From Syntrophales bacterium (lineage in GTDB: Bacteria; Desulfobacterota; Syntrophia; Syntrophales; UBA6807), in NCBI GenBank assembly GCA_040767195.1, contig JAXGPA010000001.1:1-64000 (forward strand): a stretch of DNA of 64,000 nt. The letters run 5' to 3'. Position 1 is the first letter of the stretch. Each line of letters opens with the position of its first letter. Positions 8,683 to 18,775 of this stretch are shown here, one piece after another. The notes below the pieces were generated by a model. It was not told where the DNA came from, ran no database searches, and worked only from the letters and a program-made list of their open reading frames with translations. Both the position numbers and the translations under genes were made by a program.

Positions 8683-8710
8683 ATAATAACTGAAAATCGT
8701 CTTTTGTCAA
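8683..8710 (-). promoter_or_regulatory. Putative sigma70 promoter for the riboswitch transcript
   Basis: Minus strand TTGACA-16 bp-TATTAT. Confidence 0.6.
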
Positions 8711-8776
8711 GTTATTTATTAAGCTCATATTTCAATGTGTTGTAGGAAAATATCGTCTCAATAGGCGATGAGAGGT

Positions 8777-9985
8777 CTAAAGAATGGAGGACAGACACCC
8801 TTCCAGCGCAGGCAGGGCGCATTCCAGCACATCGAAGCGATGATGTTGGAATGCGGCGCCGTACTTGAGTCCTCCTCCCGTCACGACGGATACGACGGTT
8901 TCCTCTCTACGAATCCTCCCCTCCCTCACGAGGGTTTTCACCGCCGCCAGGGAGGCCGCCCCCTCGGGCTGGGCAAAAATGCCCTCGCCGGCCAGTTCCC
9001 CCTGGGCAGCGATCATGTCGTCGTCCGTCACGGCAATGACCGTCCCCCCTGTCGCCCGGATTCTACGGAGAATCTCGTTTCCGCTCGGCGGGTACGGGTT
9101 CGCGATGGCATGGGCCAGGGTATCGGGGTGGTCCACCGCCTCGATCCGTTCGGCGCCTTCCTGGAAAGCACGGCAGATGGGGGCGCATCCGGCAGCCTGA
9201 ACGGCGACGAAGCGGGGCTTCCCAGACACCAGGCCCGCATCGTAAAACTCCTCGAAGCCCTTCATGATCCCTCTCAGGTTGCCCCCGGCGCTCGTGGGGA
9301 CCACGACCCAGTCGGGACTGTTCAGCCGCAGCTGTTCGCAGATTTCAAAGGCGATGGTTTTGGACCCCTCCACCCGGAAGGGAGCGTCCGAATTGATAAA
9401 ATGGATCCCCCTTTCCTTTCCGATCCGCAGGCTCTCAAAATAGAGCTCTCCGTAATCGCATTCCACCTTGATGAGGACAGGCCCGTGGATGGCGACAGGG
9501 GCGACCTTCTCGGGCGCGATGGCGGCGCTGACGAGGACGATCGTTTTGAGGCCCGCCCTCGCGCCGTAGGCGGCCACCGAAACGGCCATGTTCCCCGACG
9601 ACACCGTCCCGATGACATCACAGCCGGTGTCGACGGCGTGCTGAATGCCCGCGACGGTTCCCCGGTCCTTGAAAGACCAGGTGGGATTCATCGTTTCATT
9701 CTTGAAGTAAAGCCGATCGAGCCCGAGCCTGTCCAAAACTTTCCCGGCCCGGACAAGGGGCGTGAACCCCTCCCCCAGGGACAGGTTTCGGTTCGGCACC
9801 GGGAAGGGGAAAAAATCGCCGTACCTCTCCAGGATCCTTTGATCGAGGATGTTCCCGTCACGGATTCGGCCCTGTCCCCGATAAACGACCTGAAGCGGCT
9901 CGCCGCAGGAATCGCAACGGGGAAAGCGTCTTGACGCAGGATAAGGTAGACCGCAGGCCGTGCAGGCAAAAGACCATCGATTCAT
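8777..9985 (-). CDS. thrC: Threonine synthase
   Basis: N-terminal CxxC ribbon, LSLGEGFTPL, NPTWSFKDRG (PLP lysine), GSKTIAFEI, VTGGGLK. Confidence 0.85.
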   Translation of the reverse strand: MNRWSFACTACGLPYPASRRFPRCDSCGEPLQVVYRGQGRIRDGNILDQRILERYGDFFPFPVPNRNLSLGEGFTPLVRAGKVLDRLGLDRLYFKNETMNPTWSFKDRGTVAGIQHAVDTGCDVIGTVSSGNMAVSVAAYGARAGLKTIVLVSAAIAPEKVAPVAIHGPVLIKVECDYGELYFESLRIGKERGIHFINSDAPFRVEGSKTIAFEICEQLRLNSPDWVVVPTSAGGNLRGIMKGFEEFYDAGLVSGKPRFVAVQAAGCAPICRAFQEGAERIEAVDHPDTLAHAIANPYPPSGNEILRRIRATGGTVIAVTDDDMIAAQGELAGEGIFAQPEGAASLAAVKTLVREGRIRREETVVSVVTGGGLKYGAAFQHHRFDVLECALPALEGCLSSIL

Positions 9986-10298
9986 GGCGGGAACCTTTCT
10001 TTTTCATTGACGGGACTTCCCGTCCTTATACACGGTCACCGCAAGGGAGGCAAGGCACCGAATGTCTCGGCCCCGCTTCTTCGCCCCGACACAGAATACC
10101 TATATATTATAAGTATTAATACCGTATTCAAAGCGTATTGATTTTCCTCGGGAAAAGAAGCATATTACGAGCATCAAACATCTTCGCGGCGGGTTTTCAG
10201 CGCCGGAGGAGCCTTCCTGGGGGAAAAGAGCACGAAGGGGAGTTCTTTTCCCTCTTTTCAAACAAGATCGGAACAAAAACAGACGGGAACGGGAAGAA

Positions 10299-11672
10299 AT
10301 GGAAACAGGAAAAACCATGACCGCCGGTTCTGATTCCTATCTCGAAACGCTTCTTGAAACACTGCCCATCCCCGTTTTTTTCAAGGACACCCAGGGTCGT
10401 TACAGGGGATGCAACCGCGCCTTTGAGGAGCTGACAGGCAAAAAACGGAAGGAAATTCTCGGAAAAACCGTGTTCACCGTTTTTCCGAGAAAGGTCGCCC
10501 GAAAATACCGGGAAATGGACGACGCCCTCTTCCGGAATCCCGGCCGGCAGGTCTACGAGGGACTCGTGGTGGACGGGAAAGGCCGCTTGAGGACCGTCCT
10601 TTTTTACAAGGCCACCTTGAGCGGCGACGGCGGGACGGCGGGACTGATCGGCGCCGTTCATGACATTACGGAACAGAAAAAAGCCGAAGAATCCCTCAAA
10701 AAAAGCGAGGAAAAATACAGGACTATCCTCAACAGCATCGAGGACGGTTACTACGAAGTGGACCTGAAAGGCACCCTGACCGCTTTCAACAGCGGCTTTT
10801 CCCGAATGGTCGGATACACCGGGGAGGAATTGAAGGACATGGGCTACCGGCTCCTGGTGGACCGGTCCAGCCAGAAAAAAATTTCAGACACCTTCGGCGC
10901 CGTTTTTCGCACCGGCCGGTCGGCCCGGGCCGCCGATTGGGGAATCATCCGAAAAGACGGGACGCGGGCCGTCATAGAAGCTTCCGTGTCTCTCATTACG
11001 GATGAAAAAGGCCGTCCTACCGGTTTTCGCGGCATCCTCCGGGACATCACCGCCCGCAAGGAGACCGAAAAAACCCTCCGGAAAAGTCGGGAGGAGCTGG
11101 AAAAACACCGGAACGACCTGGAAAGGCTGGTCCACTCGAGAACGGTTCACGTGGAGGAAACAAACCGGAAACTTCTCGAGGAAATCCGGGCAAGAGAAAA
11201 AACGGAGCAGACGCTTCTTCGGAGGGAACGGGAACTTGAGGAAAAATCACGGTTCCTCGAAGAGGCCAACACCGCCCTTCGCGTCATTCTGAGCCAGCAG
11301 GAACAGGACCAGATGGAGTTCCAGGGAAACATCGTCGCCAACGTCCGCGAACTCATTTTTCCCTATCTCGAAAAGCTTAAATCGAAACGCCTGACGGAAG
11401 ACCAGAAAATGTACCTGCAGGTCGTTGAAAGCAACCTGAAAAACATCCTGTCCCCTTTCATGAACCACCAGTTACCGAATCACTGGAATTTCACCCCGTC
11501 GGAAATCCGGATTGCCAACCTCATCAAGCAGGGCAAAGCCACCAAGGAGATCGCCCGGATTCTCGGTCTTTCCGAGAGGACCATTGAAGCCCATCGGGAC
11601 CGGATTCGAAGAAAGCTCAATCTTCGGGGCCGGAAAGTCAGCCTCCGGGCCCACCTGCTCTCCCTGGGCTGA
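10299..11672 (+). CDS. PAS-PAS-LuxR-type transcriptional regulator
   Basis: Two PAS/PAC domains (PVFFKD..GCNRAF; GYYEVD..RDITARK); C-terminal FTPSEIRIANLIKQGKATKEIA..HRDRIRRKL HTH. Confidence 0.9.
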   Translation: METGKTMTAGSDSYLETLLETLPIPVFFKDTQGRYRGCNRAFEELTGKKRKEILGKTVFTVFPRKVARKYREMDDALFRNPGRQVYEGLVVDGKGRLRTVLFYKATLSGDGGTAGLIGAVHDITEQKKAEESLKKSEEKYRTILNSIEDGYYEVDLKGTLTAFNSGFSRMVGYTGEELKDMGYRLLVDRSSQKKISDTFGAVFRTGRSARAADWGIIRKDGTRAVIEASVSLITDEKGRPTGFRGILRDITARKETEKTLRKSREELEKHRNDLERLVHSRTVHVEETNRKLLEEIRAREKTEQTLLRRERELEEKSRFLEEANTALRVILSQQEQDQMEFQGNIVANVRELIFPYLEKLKSKRLTEDQKMYLQVVESNLKNILSPFMNHQLPNHWNFTPSEIRIANLIKQGKATKEIARILGLSERTIEAHRDRIRRKLNLRGRKVSLRAHLLSLG

Positions 11673-11690
11673 AGGAGGCTTCCCGGGAAA

Positions 11691-12854
11691 TCACTCGAGC
11701 CGGTTTTTCAGCCCCAGGATCCTCTCGAAGGACCGGTCGATCCGGCTCACGCTGACTTTACCCTGCCGGACCAGGTTTCCAATCACGGCGATGGACCGGG
11801 CGACGGCGTCTTCATCGTAGACGGAGTTGTTGGCCACAAGAAGGATGTCGACACCCGCCGCGACGGCTTTCTCCACGGCTGCCTCGAAACCGCACCGGTC
11901 CGAAACGGCCCGCATCTGGAGATCGTCGGAAATAACGACGCCGTCATATCCCAGGTCACCCCTCAGAAGGCCGGTAACAACAGGACGGGAGAAGGTGGCC
12001 GGCTCGTCACCGTCGAGGCGGGCGTTGAAAACGTGGGCCGTCATGACCGCGTCGGCGAACCCCTCCCCGGCGAGGGTCCTGTAAGGGATGAGTTCCGCCG
12101 GGGTCCACGTATTCGTCACGTCCGCCATTCCCAGGTGCGAATCGGCGCTCGAACTGCCGTGACCGGGAAAGTGTTTCAGGGCGCACAGAAGCCCCCTGTC
12201 GTGATGGGCCCTGACAAACTCCCGGGCGTTTTCCGTCACCGTTTCCGGGTCCGCCGAAAAACTCCTCCCCAGCTTCCCGATGACCGGATTGTCGGGATTC
12301 ACGTCCAGGTCGACCACCGGCGCGAGGTTCAGGTTGATTCCCGTCTCCGCCAGGGTCTTCGCCATGGCCGCGGCGTATCCGTACGTTTTTGAAAGATTAT
12401 TCATTCGACCAAGGCAGCGGGCCGAAAAGGTGGGGGGAAACCCGAACCTTTCCTTGAGCCGCCAGACCTGGCCGCCCTCCCCGTCAACGGCCACGAAAAG
12501 GGGAATGTCCGAAAGGGACTGGAGAGACGCGGTGAGCGCCCGCAGCTGGCCGGGTGAGGCGATGTTCCTCACCGGGGAACGATCGGGAACATCGTAGTCG
12601 AAGAGAACAACGCCTCCGAGATGACGTTCCCGGATGTCCCTGGCGATGGGGTGGTTTTCGTCGACGGCAAGCCCCCGGAAGCCCACCATGAGCATCTGGC
12701 CGATCTTGACATCCAGGGAGAGTCCATCGCCCTCCTCAATGTCGCCGCTCAAGGAGCAGCCCTGGAGAAGGAAAACGAGAAGGAGGGTTAAAAGGGATAT
12801 GATTCCGGTGGCTTGCCCTCGATGGTGAGGCCTTTTCCTATGCCTGGCGCGCAT
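11691..12854 (-). CDS. Glycoside hydrolase family 3 (NagZ-like beta-N-acetylhexosaminidase), lipoprotein
   Basis: LQGC lipobox; DGEGGQV, KHFPGHGSSSADSH, VISDDLQM. Confidence 0.88.
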   Translation of the reverse strand: MRARHRKRPHHRGQATGIISLLTLLLVFLLQGCSLSGDIEEGDGLSLDVKIGQMLMVGFRGLAVDENHPIARDIRERHLGGVVLFDYDVPDRSPVRNIASPGQLRALTASLQSLSDIPLFVAVDGEGGQVWRLKERFGFPPTFSARCLGRMNNLSKTYGYAAAMAKTLAETGINLNLAPVVDLDVNPDNPVIGKLGRSFSADPETVTENAREFVRAHHDRGLLCALKHFPGHGSSSADSHLGMADVTNTWTPAELIPYRTLAGEGFADAVMTAHVFNARLDGDEPATFSRPVVTGLLRGDLGYDGVVISDDLQMRAVSDRCGFEAAVEKAVAAGVDILLVANNSVYDEDAVARSIAVIGNLVRQGKVSVSRIDRSFERILGLKNRLE

Positions 12855-13833
12855 GAATCGTCTTCAGCTCATACCACCGGATCGTTTTTTCCAGGCCTTT
12901 CCGGATCGGAATCAGGGGTTCGAACCCGAGGATTTCCCGGGAGAGACCCGTGTCCGCCCGGGAGTGGCGGATATCCCCCTCGCGGGCCTCGGCGAAGACC
13001 GGTTCCACCTTCGCCCGAAGGATCTCCCGGATTTTTTCCAGGAGCTCCGTCAGCTTGAGGGGTTTTCCCCAGGCGATGTTGAAAACCTTCCCGGCCACCC
13101 CTTGAGGAACATAGCAGGCATGGAGGTTCGCCCGGACGATGTCCTCCACGAAAATGAAATCACGGGACTGGAGACCGTCCCCGTAAATGACCGGCCGCTC
13201 ACCGTCGAGGAGGGCGGTGATGAATTTCGGGACAACCGCGGCATAATCCGACGACGGGTCCTGCCTGGGGCCGAACACGTTGAAATAGCGCAATGACACC
13301 GTTTCGAGCCCGTAGAGATGGTAGAATATCCGGCAGAACTCCTCCGCCGCCAGTTTTGTCACCCCATAGGGCGACAGGGGCCGGGGCCGCATGAATTCCC
13401 CTTTCGACACGCCGCGGTCATCGCCGGAAAAAAGTTCCCGCTCGTCGCCGTAAACCGCCGAGGAAGACGCCAGGATGAACCGTTTGATCTTCGCTTCCCG
13501 GGCCGCCAGAAGCATGTTGAGGGTTCCCGAAACGTTCACTTCCTGGACGAGGCGGGGGTCCCGCACCGATTCAGGAACGGAAACCATGGCGGCGTGGTGA
13601 AAGACGTAGCTGACCCCGTTTACGGCCTTCCGGCAGTCCTCTAAATTGCGGACGTCCCCCCGATGTACCTCCATGAAATCGGGATATCCCAAATCGAGAT
13701 TTTCCGGCTTTCCGGAACTGAAATTGTCGAGAATGCGGACCGGTATGCCCTTGCTCACCAGGGTTTCAGCTATATTCGAACCGATGAATCCGGCGCCGCC
13801 GGTCACCAGAAAAGATGGAACCATAACCTTCAC
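12838..13833 (-). CDS. NAD-dependent nucleotide-sugar epimerase/dehydratase
   Basis: VTGGAGFIGS, SPYGVTK (YxxxK), LRYFNVFGPRQDP. Confidence 0.92.
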   Translation of the reverse strand: MKVMVPSFLVTGGAGFIGSNIAETLVSKGIPVRILDNFSSGKPENLDLGYPDFMEVHRGDVRNLEDCRKAVNGVSYVFHHAAMVSVPESVRDPRLVQEVNVSGTLNMLLAAREAKIKRFILASSSAVYGDERELFSGDDRGVSKGEFMRPRPLSPYGVTKLAAEEFCRIFYHLYGLETVSLRYFNVFGPRQDPSSDYAAVVPKFITALLDGERPVIYGDGLQSRDFIFVEDIVRANLHACYVPQGVAGKVFNIAWGKPLKLTELLEKIREILRAKVEPVFAEAREGDIRHSRADTGLSREILGFEPLIPIRKGLEKTIRWYELKTIHARQA

Positions 13834-14277
13834 CTCGCCTGTTCGCCCGCCGCCTCACCCTTTCCACGGCGGTGTCGGGATCGAATGAACGACTTAATCC
13901 CCTGCTACCTCTTTTTTTTCAATAATTCAAGTGAGACGACCGGGTGAAAAAAATCCCCGGCGGCAGGCCGTTTCCAGTATTCCTCCGTCGGGACATATCT
14001 TTAAGTTCCTTTTATTCCTGAAGATCCAGGGGCATCCGTTTTTCATATCATCAACAAAACCGGCCGAATCGTTTTTAATTTTATTTTCAAACTCCCCTTT
14101 TCATCGCCCACGGGAAGAACGGCCACGGAAACCGGCGCCGGTACGGACAGACCTGCATGTCCGTGGTGGACGTCGTTTTAAAAAAAGGGTAGGCTATTCA
14201 GAAAGCGTCGACAGCAGACGCTGCAACACGGCGGGAATCAGGAACAACCCGTTTTCTGCCGAAAAGGAGGTATATCC

Positions 14278-15798
14278 ATGAAGCGCTTCTCACCATATGG
14301 CCTTGTCCTGATCATCCTGGCATTTGTTGCCGTGGCCGCCGGAAACGGCATGGCGGACATGGACAAAGCGGGAACCCTCATCCGGGATGCCGAAAAACTC
14401 TATTTCAACGGAAAAGCGGCAGAGGCGGACGGCATCCTCCGCCAGGCGGAGGACTTGATTACCCAGGCCCTGACCGGCGGCGATTCCAAAGAGATGAACA
14501 AGGCCCGGTCTCTTGACGGAAAGGCGAAGAGACTGCGAAAGAACATCGACAGGAAGCTCGGTACAGGCGCAGCGTCAGCGCCCGTCTCGGCCGCCCCGTC
14601 CAAGGCCGCCGGCGGTTCCCCGGCCGCTTCTGCCATTCCCTCGCAGGTTCAGTACAGGCTGAAAAACATCGACAAAAACCTCGAACAGGGAAAGCAATGG
14701 CTCGAAAAAGGCCGGGTCTCCACGGCGAGGCAGTTTCTCGAAAGGGCCGAGGATCAGATGCGGGAAATCGAGGAAAAATACGAAGGCAAATACCCGGCCG
14801 ATCACGAGGACGTGGTCTTCGCCAGGGAAAATCTCGAGACTTTCCAAGAGTTGCTGTCGGAGGCCGAAGCCCGGGAAAGCGCCGCCAAAGCCGAAGAAGC
14901 GAAGAGGGTCGAGGAGGCGGCGAAACGCTCGGCCCTGTGGGTGGAGCGCCTGAAACCCTACGAGAGAGGGGTGGGTCGACCGGATCACGACCCGAAAAAG
15001 TATTTCATAGGCAGTTTTACCGAGGACGAGGAGGAGATGGGCCGCCGGACCGCCCTCTACACCGAAGTCCGGGCCCAGATGGAGGCCTACCGGGCCGAAG
15101 GACCCGGGGAAGAAGCCACGGACGAACTGAAAGAAATCGTCCGTCAGCTCGACTACCAGGTCGCGTCCTTCACCGAGTCGGTACAGGACGGCGGGGAAAT
15201 GTATCTCAGGGATGCCGGGACACAGATTGACTATCTCCACAAGCGGAGCGAAGAGGAGGCGGCGAAGATCGGTACGGGAACGCTGCCCCTTCCCATGAGC
15301 AAGGAGGCTGTCGCGAAATCGAAGCAGCTTCTCGACAGGGCCTCCAGGATCCTTGGCAGTGACGACGAACGGATCGTCAAGGCGGAAGGGCAGTATGGGC
15401 GCATCATCGAGCTGGACGGTAAAATTCGCCAGGCGAGACTTTCGGAAACGCGGATGGTCCCCGACAAATTCACCGGAAAAGACGCCGGTGAGATCAAAAA
15501 CAAGGCGAAAGAGATCCTGGGGATGAAGAAACCGGGAGTCCGGGCCTTGAGGACCACCCTTGTCTCTCCCGACTGGAACGAGGAACGGGTCATCGAGTGG
15601 ACCGACACAACCCGCTCCGCCCTGCGCTACCGGGTCACGGCGTACGTCACGGCCCAGGTGGCCGGAAAGCGGGGGAACGAGACGAAAATCTACACGATCC
15701 ACGTGGCCAGGGACCGCCGCTCCGGCGGCGCCTGGGGCCCCCTTTACGGGCACATCATGTTCGAGGACCCCATCCTCGAGGAGAATGTGGACAAGTGA
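14278..15798 (+). CDS. Exported helical hypothetical protein
   Basis: AAGGAGG RBS, signal peptide, 506-aa ORF with host-like codon use; no family recognised. Confidence 0.75.
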   Translation: MKRFSPYGLVLIILAFVAVAAGNGMADMDKAGTLIRDAEKLYFNGKAAEADGILRQAEDLITQALTGGDSKEMNKARSLDGKAKRLRKNIDRKLGTGAASAPVSAAPSKAAGGSPAASAIPSQVQYRLKNIDKNLEQGKQWLEKGRVSTARQFLERAEDQMREIEEKYEGKYPADHEDVVFARENLETFQELLSEAEARESAAKAEEAKRVEEAAKRSALWVERLKPYERGVGRPDHDPKKYFIGSFTEDEEEMGRRTALYTEVRAQMEAYRAEGPGEEATDELKEIVRQLDYQVASFTESVQDGGEMYLRDAGTQIDYLHKRSEEEAAKIGTGTLPLPMSKEAVAKSKQLLDRASRILGSDDERIVKAEGQYGRIIELDGKIRQARLSETRMVPDKFTGKDAGEIKNKAKEILGMKKPGVRALRTTLVSPDWNEERVIEWTDTTRSALRYRVTAYVTAQVAGKRGNETKIYTIHVARDRRSGGAWGPLYGHIMFEDPILEENVDK

Positions 15799-15850
15799 AC
15801 GGCGGTGTGGCGGCGCGCCGTGGACAGGACGTAAGGGGCGATGGAAAATT

Positions 15851-16483
15851 ATGGGGCTGATTAACTTGCTGATTCAGAGCCCGGGCACTTTTTTTCTCAT
15901 CGCCCTGCCCCTTTTGTATTCGGTCATTCTTCACGAAATAGCGCATGGATGGGTCGCCTTGAAAATGGGGGACCGGACAGCGAAACGGGCGGGGCGGCTG
16001 ACCCTCAACCCCCTGAAGCACCTCGATCCCGTGGGAACCCTCATGCTCTTTATTTTCGGGTTCGGGTGGGCCCGTCCCGTTCCCGTCGATTTCTCAAACC
16101 TCCGTGACCAGCGAAGAGGACTCCTCCTCGTTTCGTCGGCGGGTGTGGCGGTCAACCTTTTCCTCGCTTTTGCCGCTCTTTTCCTCCTCCAGGCGCTGTC
16201 CCTGGATCCCCGGGGAGCAACGGCCCTGATGTTGTATTACATGGCCCAGATCAACATCATCCTGGCGGCTTTCAACCTGATCCCCATCCCGCCCCTCGAC
16301 GGCTCGAAGATCCTCATGGGATTTCTTCCGGCCCGCATCCAGTCGATTCTGTCACGGCTCGAACCATACGGACTTCTGATCATCATCGCCCTTCTCTACC
16401 TTCACGTGCTCGATCCCGTCATTCACCTGTTTCGAGCCCTCATCGTTTCTTTCATCAAGCTCTTCCTTTTCACCGGGCCATGA
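15851..16483 (+). CDS. Site-2 protease (M50) family protein
   Basis: HEIAH, GRLTLNPLKHLD, FNLIPIPPLDGS. Confidence 0.92.
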   Translation: MGLINLLIQSPGTFFLIALPLLYSVILHEIAHGWVALKMGDRTAKRAGRLTLNPLKHLDPVGTLMLFIFGFGWARPVPVDFSNLRDQRRGLLLVSSAGVAVNLFLAFAALFLLQALSLDPRGATALMLYYMAQINIILAAFNLIPIPPLDGSKILMGFLPARIQSILSRLEPYGLLIIIALLYLHVLDPVIHLFRALIVSFIKLFLFTGP

Positions 16484-17391
16484 TAAGCCGCCGCGACCTC
16501 ACCCTCCTCCTTGTCGTTCTCCTTTCCATGGCGGCGGGGATTTTCTTTCCCCGTTTCGGGCTTTTTTTCCGGGAATTCCCTTTTTACTGCCTGATGATCC
16601 TTCTTTTTCTCAGTTTTCTTTCCATTGAGATGGAAACCCTGTGGGCCGCCCTGAAAAACACCCTGCCCAAAATCGTCTGCCTGAGCTTTCTGAAACTCGT
16701 CCTCCTGCCCCTCGTCGTTTACGCCGTATTCAGGGTCGCGGCCCCTTCCTACGCCGTCGCCGCCCTTCTCCTGTCGGGCGTTTCCACGGGCGTCGTGGCC
16801 CCCTTCATCGCCAACCTCGTCGGGGCCAACGGGGCCCTTGTGATGGTCGTGGTGGTCGTCACGTCCCTCCTTGTCCCGTTCACCCTCCCCCTGCTCATCG
16901 ACATACTCCTTCACCGGGACGTGGATATCCCCCTTTCCGCCATGATCAGAATGCTCGCTTTCGTCGTTTTTCTGCCCTTTCTGGCCGCGGAAACTCTTCG
17001 GAAAGGGTCGCCCCGCATCCAGGCAGGCATTCTGAAAGCACGGTACCCCATCTCTCTTGGTCTCTTCGCCGTCATCAACCTGGGGATCTTTTCCCAGTAT
17101 GCCGGTTTTTTTCACCGGGAACCGGCGACGATCGTCACCGCCGGGCTCATCGCCATCCTCCTTTCGGCGGTTTACTGCGGCGCCGGTCTCCTCTGCATGT
17201 TTAAAAAGCCCCTGGAAGACCGCCTGGCGGGAGCGATCACCCTGGGCAACATGAACAATGTCCTCATCATCGTCTTCGCCGCCCGTTTCTTCGGCCCCCT
17301 GGAGCCCACGGTGGCGGCTCTTTACATTCTCCCTTTTTTCGCGCTGGTCATCCCGTTGAGGATATACGCGGCCCGGTGGGGGAACCCATGA
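16480..17391 (+). CDS. Bile acid:sodium symporter family transporter
   Basis: About 9-10 TM helices; ATGA overlap with the upstream gene. Confidence 0.7.
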   Translation: MISRRDLTLLLVVLLSMAAGIFFPRFGLFFREFPFYCLMILLFLSFLSIEMETLWAALKNTLPKIVCLSFLKLVLLPLVVYAVFRVAAPSYAVAALLLSGVSTGVVAPFIANLVGANGALVMVVVVVTSLLVPFTLPLLIDILLHRDVDIPLSAMIRMLAFVVFLPFLAAETLRKGSPRIQAGILKARYPISLGLFAVINLGIFSQYAGFFHREPATIVTAGLIAILLSAVYCGAGLLCMFKKPLEDRLAGAITLGNMNNVLIIVFAARFFGPLEPTVAALYILPFFALVIPLRIYAARWGNP

Positions 17392-17527
17392 ACCGCTGAA
17401 AAAAATCAAAAGTCTCTCTTTGGGTTCACAGAACCGGATCCGATAGGCGAAGGGCGCGGCGTCCCATTGTCATGGATTGATGAGATTCGACCTGCGCCAT
17501 GGGGAACGTTTCCGCCGCTCGCACTTG

Positions 17528-17556
17528 TTGACAGGTTCCCTGTTTTCTCTTATCGT
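17528..17556 (+). promoter_or_regulatory. Putative sigma70 promoter
   Basis: TTGACA-17 bp-TATCGT. Confidence 0.5.
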
Positions 17557-17659
17557 TTTTACCGAGAACCGGCGAACGCGGGAAACTGATACAGGAAAAG
17601 ATCGGAGATTGAGCGTCCGGTGAGACGACAGCATGACGCAAGGGCTTTGTGACGGGGAA

Positions 17660-18763
17660 ATGACCTTGAAAAAAGAGTTTCTCCTCTTTTTCCTGGCCGT
17701 CGCCCTGAAGACGATGATACTCGGGGCCTTGTTCCTGACGGCGGACTGTTCCCTGAGTGAACTGGTAAAATTCGCCGATGTTAAAAGTTACCTGAAGATC
17801 GCCGGGAGCTATCCTCTGCCATACGGCATGGAAGGGATGGAAGTGAACGTCAGGCACTACCCCCTTTTCCCGTTCCTTGTATGGGTTACCTCACCTTTAT
17901 TTGCGGGCAACCTTGTTTATGCCGGTTTCTTCACCGCCATATCAATCAGCGCCCTGTGCTCCGTCGTTCTCTACCTGATAGCGAGAGAATTCACGAAAAG
18001 AGCTTTCCTGGTTTCCCTGATCTTTGCCGTGATACCTGCCAAGTGGGCACAGGTTTCCGTGTATCCCCTTTCCGAGTCCGTTTTTGTTCTTCTTCTTCTC
18101 CTCGCCGTCTATTATCATTTAAAAGAACACTACTGGGGGACGTATCTTTCTCTCGGCATGCTGCTTCTCGCCAGGCCGCTGGGCGTTATTTTCCTGTTCT
18201 CGTTTTTATTGACAGACGTTCTGATTGAAAAGAGGTTTTTCGTTTTAAAGTATGCCGTCGTGGCCATGGTGCCATTTTTTGTCTTTCACGGTTATCTTTT
18301 CCTGCTCTTTCAAAAATTCATGTTTTTTGCTCACTATGGAAAATCAGGGGGTTGGGGGGGGTCTGTTTTCTCTTACCCCTTGTCGGGAATCATCGAGGGA
18401 ATCAAGGACCAGGGTTTTCTCCCGGTAAGGAAAATATACACATTGGTCACTTTCGGCTTCTATTCGGTCCTGTTCGCCCTTGCCGTGTACCATGTTTTCA
18501 ATACCGAAAAGTACCGGCTTTTTTCCATTCTCATCATTCCCTACTTCATTTTCACTTTATTCCTGAAAGGAAGCAGCCACAACTGGTGGATGCTCACCCT
18601 GCCCCGGTTTCTCATCCCCGTTGCCCCATTCGGCTTGATCTTTCTGCTCGGCCAGTTAAAAGAAAAGTATCTATATGTCATACTGGGTATCGGCACGGCA
18701 TGGGCAATCGCTTATGCCGCAGGCAGCCACGTTATTCACCTGATCCATGGCCGCATTGTTTAG
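17660..18763 (+). CDS. Multi-TM GT-C-fold glycosyltransferase-like protein
   Basis: DVKSYLKIA..Y, YPLFPFLV, LSESVF, LARPLG, PRFL resemble PMT/PIG-V-like mannosyltransferases; AT-richer than its flanks. Confidence 0.65.
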   Translation: MTLKKEFLLFFLAVALKTMILGALFLTADCSLSELVKFADVKSYLKIAGSYPLPYGMEGMEVNVRHYPLFPFLVWVTSPLFAGNLVYAGFFTAISISALCSVVLYLIAREFTKRAFLVSLIFAVIPAKWAQVSVYPLSESVFVLLLLLAVYYHLKEHYWGTYLSLGMLLLARPLGVIFLFSFLLTDVLIEKRFFVLKYAVVAMVPFFVFHGYLFLLFQKFMFFAHYGKSGGWGGSVFSYPLSGIIEGIKDQGFLPVRKIYTLVTFGFYSVLFALAVYHVFNTEKYRLFSILIIPYFIFTLFLKGSSHNWWMLTLPRFLIPVAPFGLIFLLGQLKEKYLYVILGIGTAWAIAYAAGSHVIHLIHGRIV

Positions 18764-18775
18764 AAAGGAGGACCC

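Noticed and set aside
8466..8693. 75-aa plus-strand ORF
   Set aside because: It is the antisense reading of the riboswitch and hairpin.
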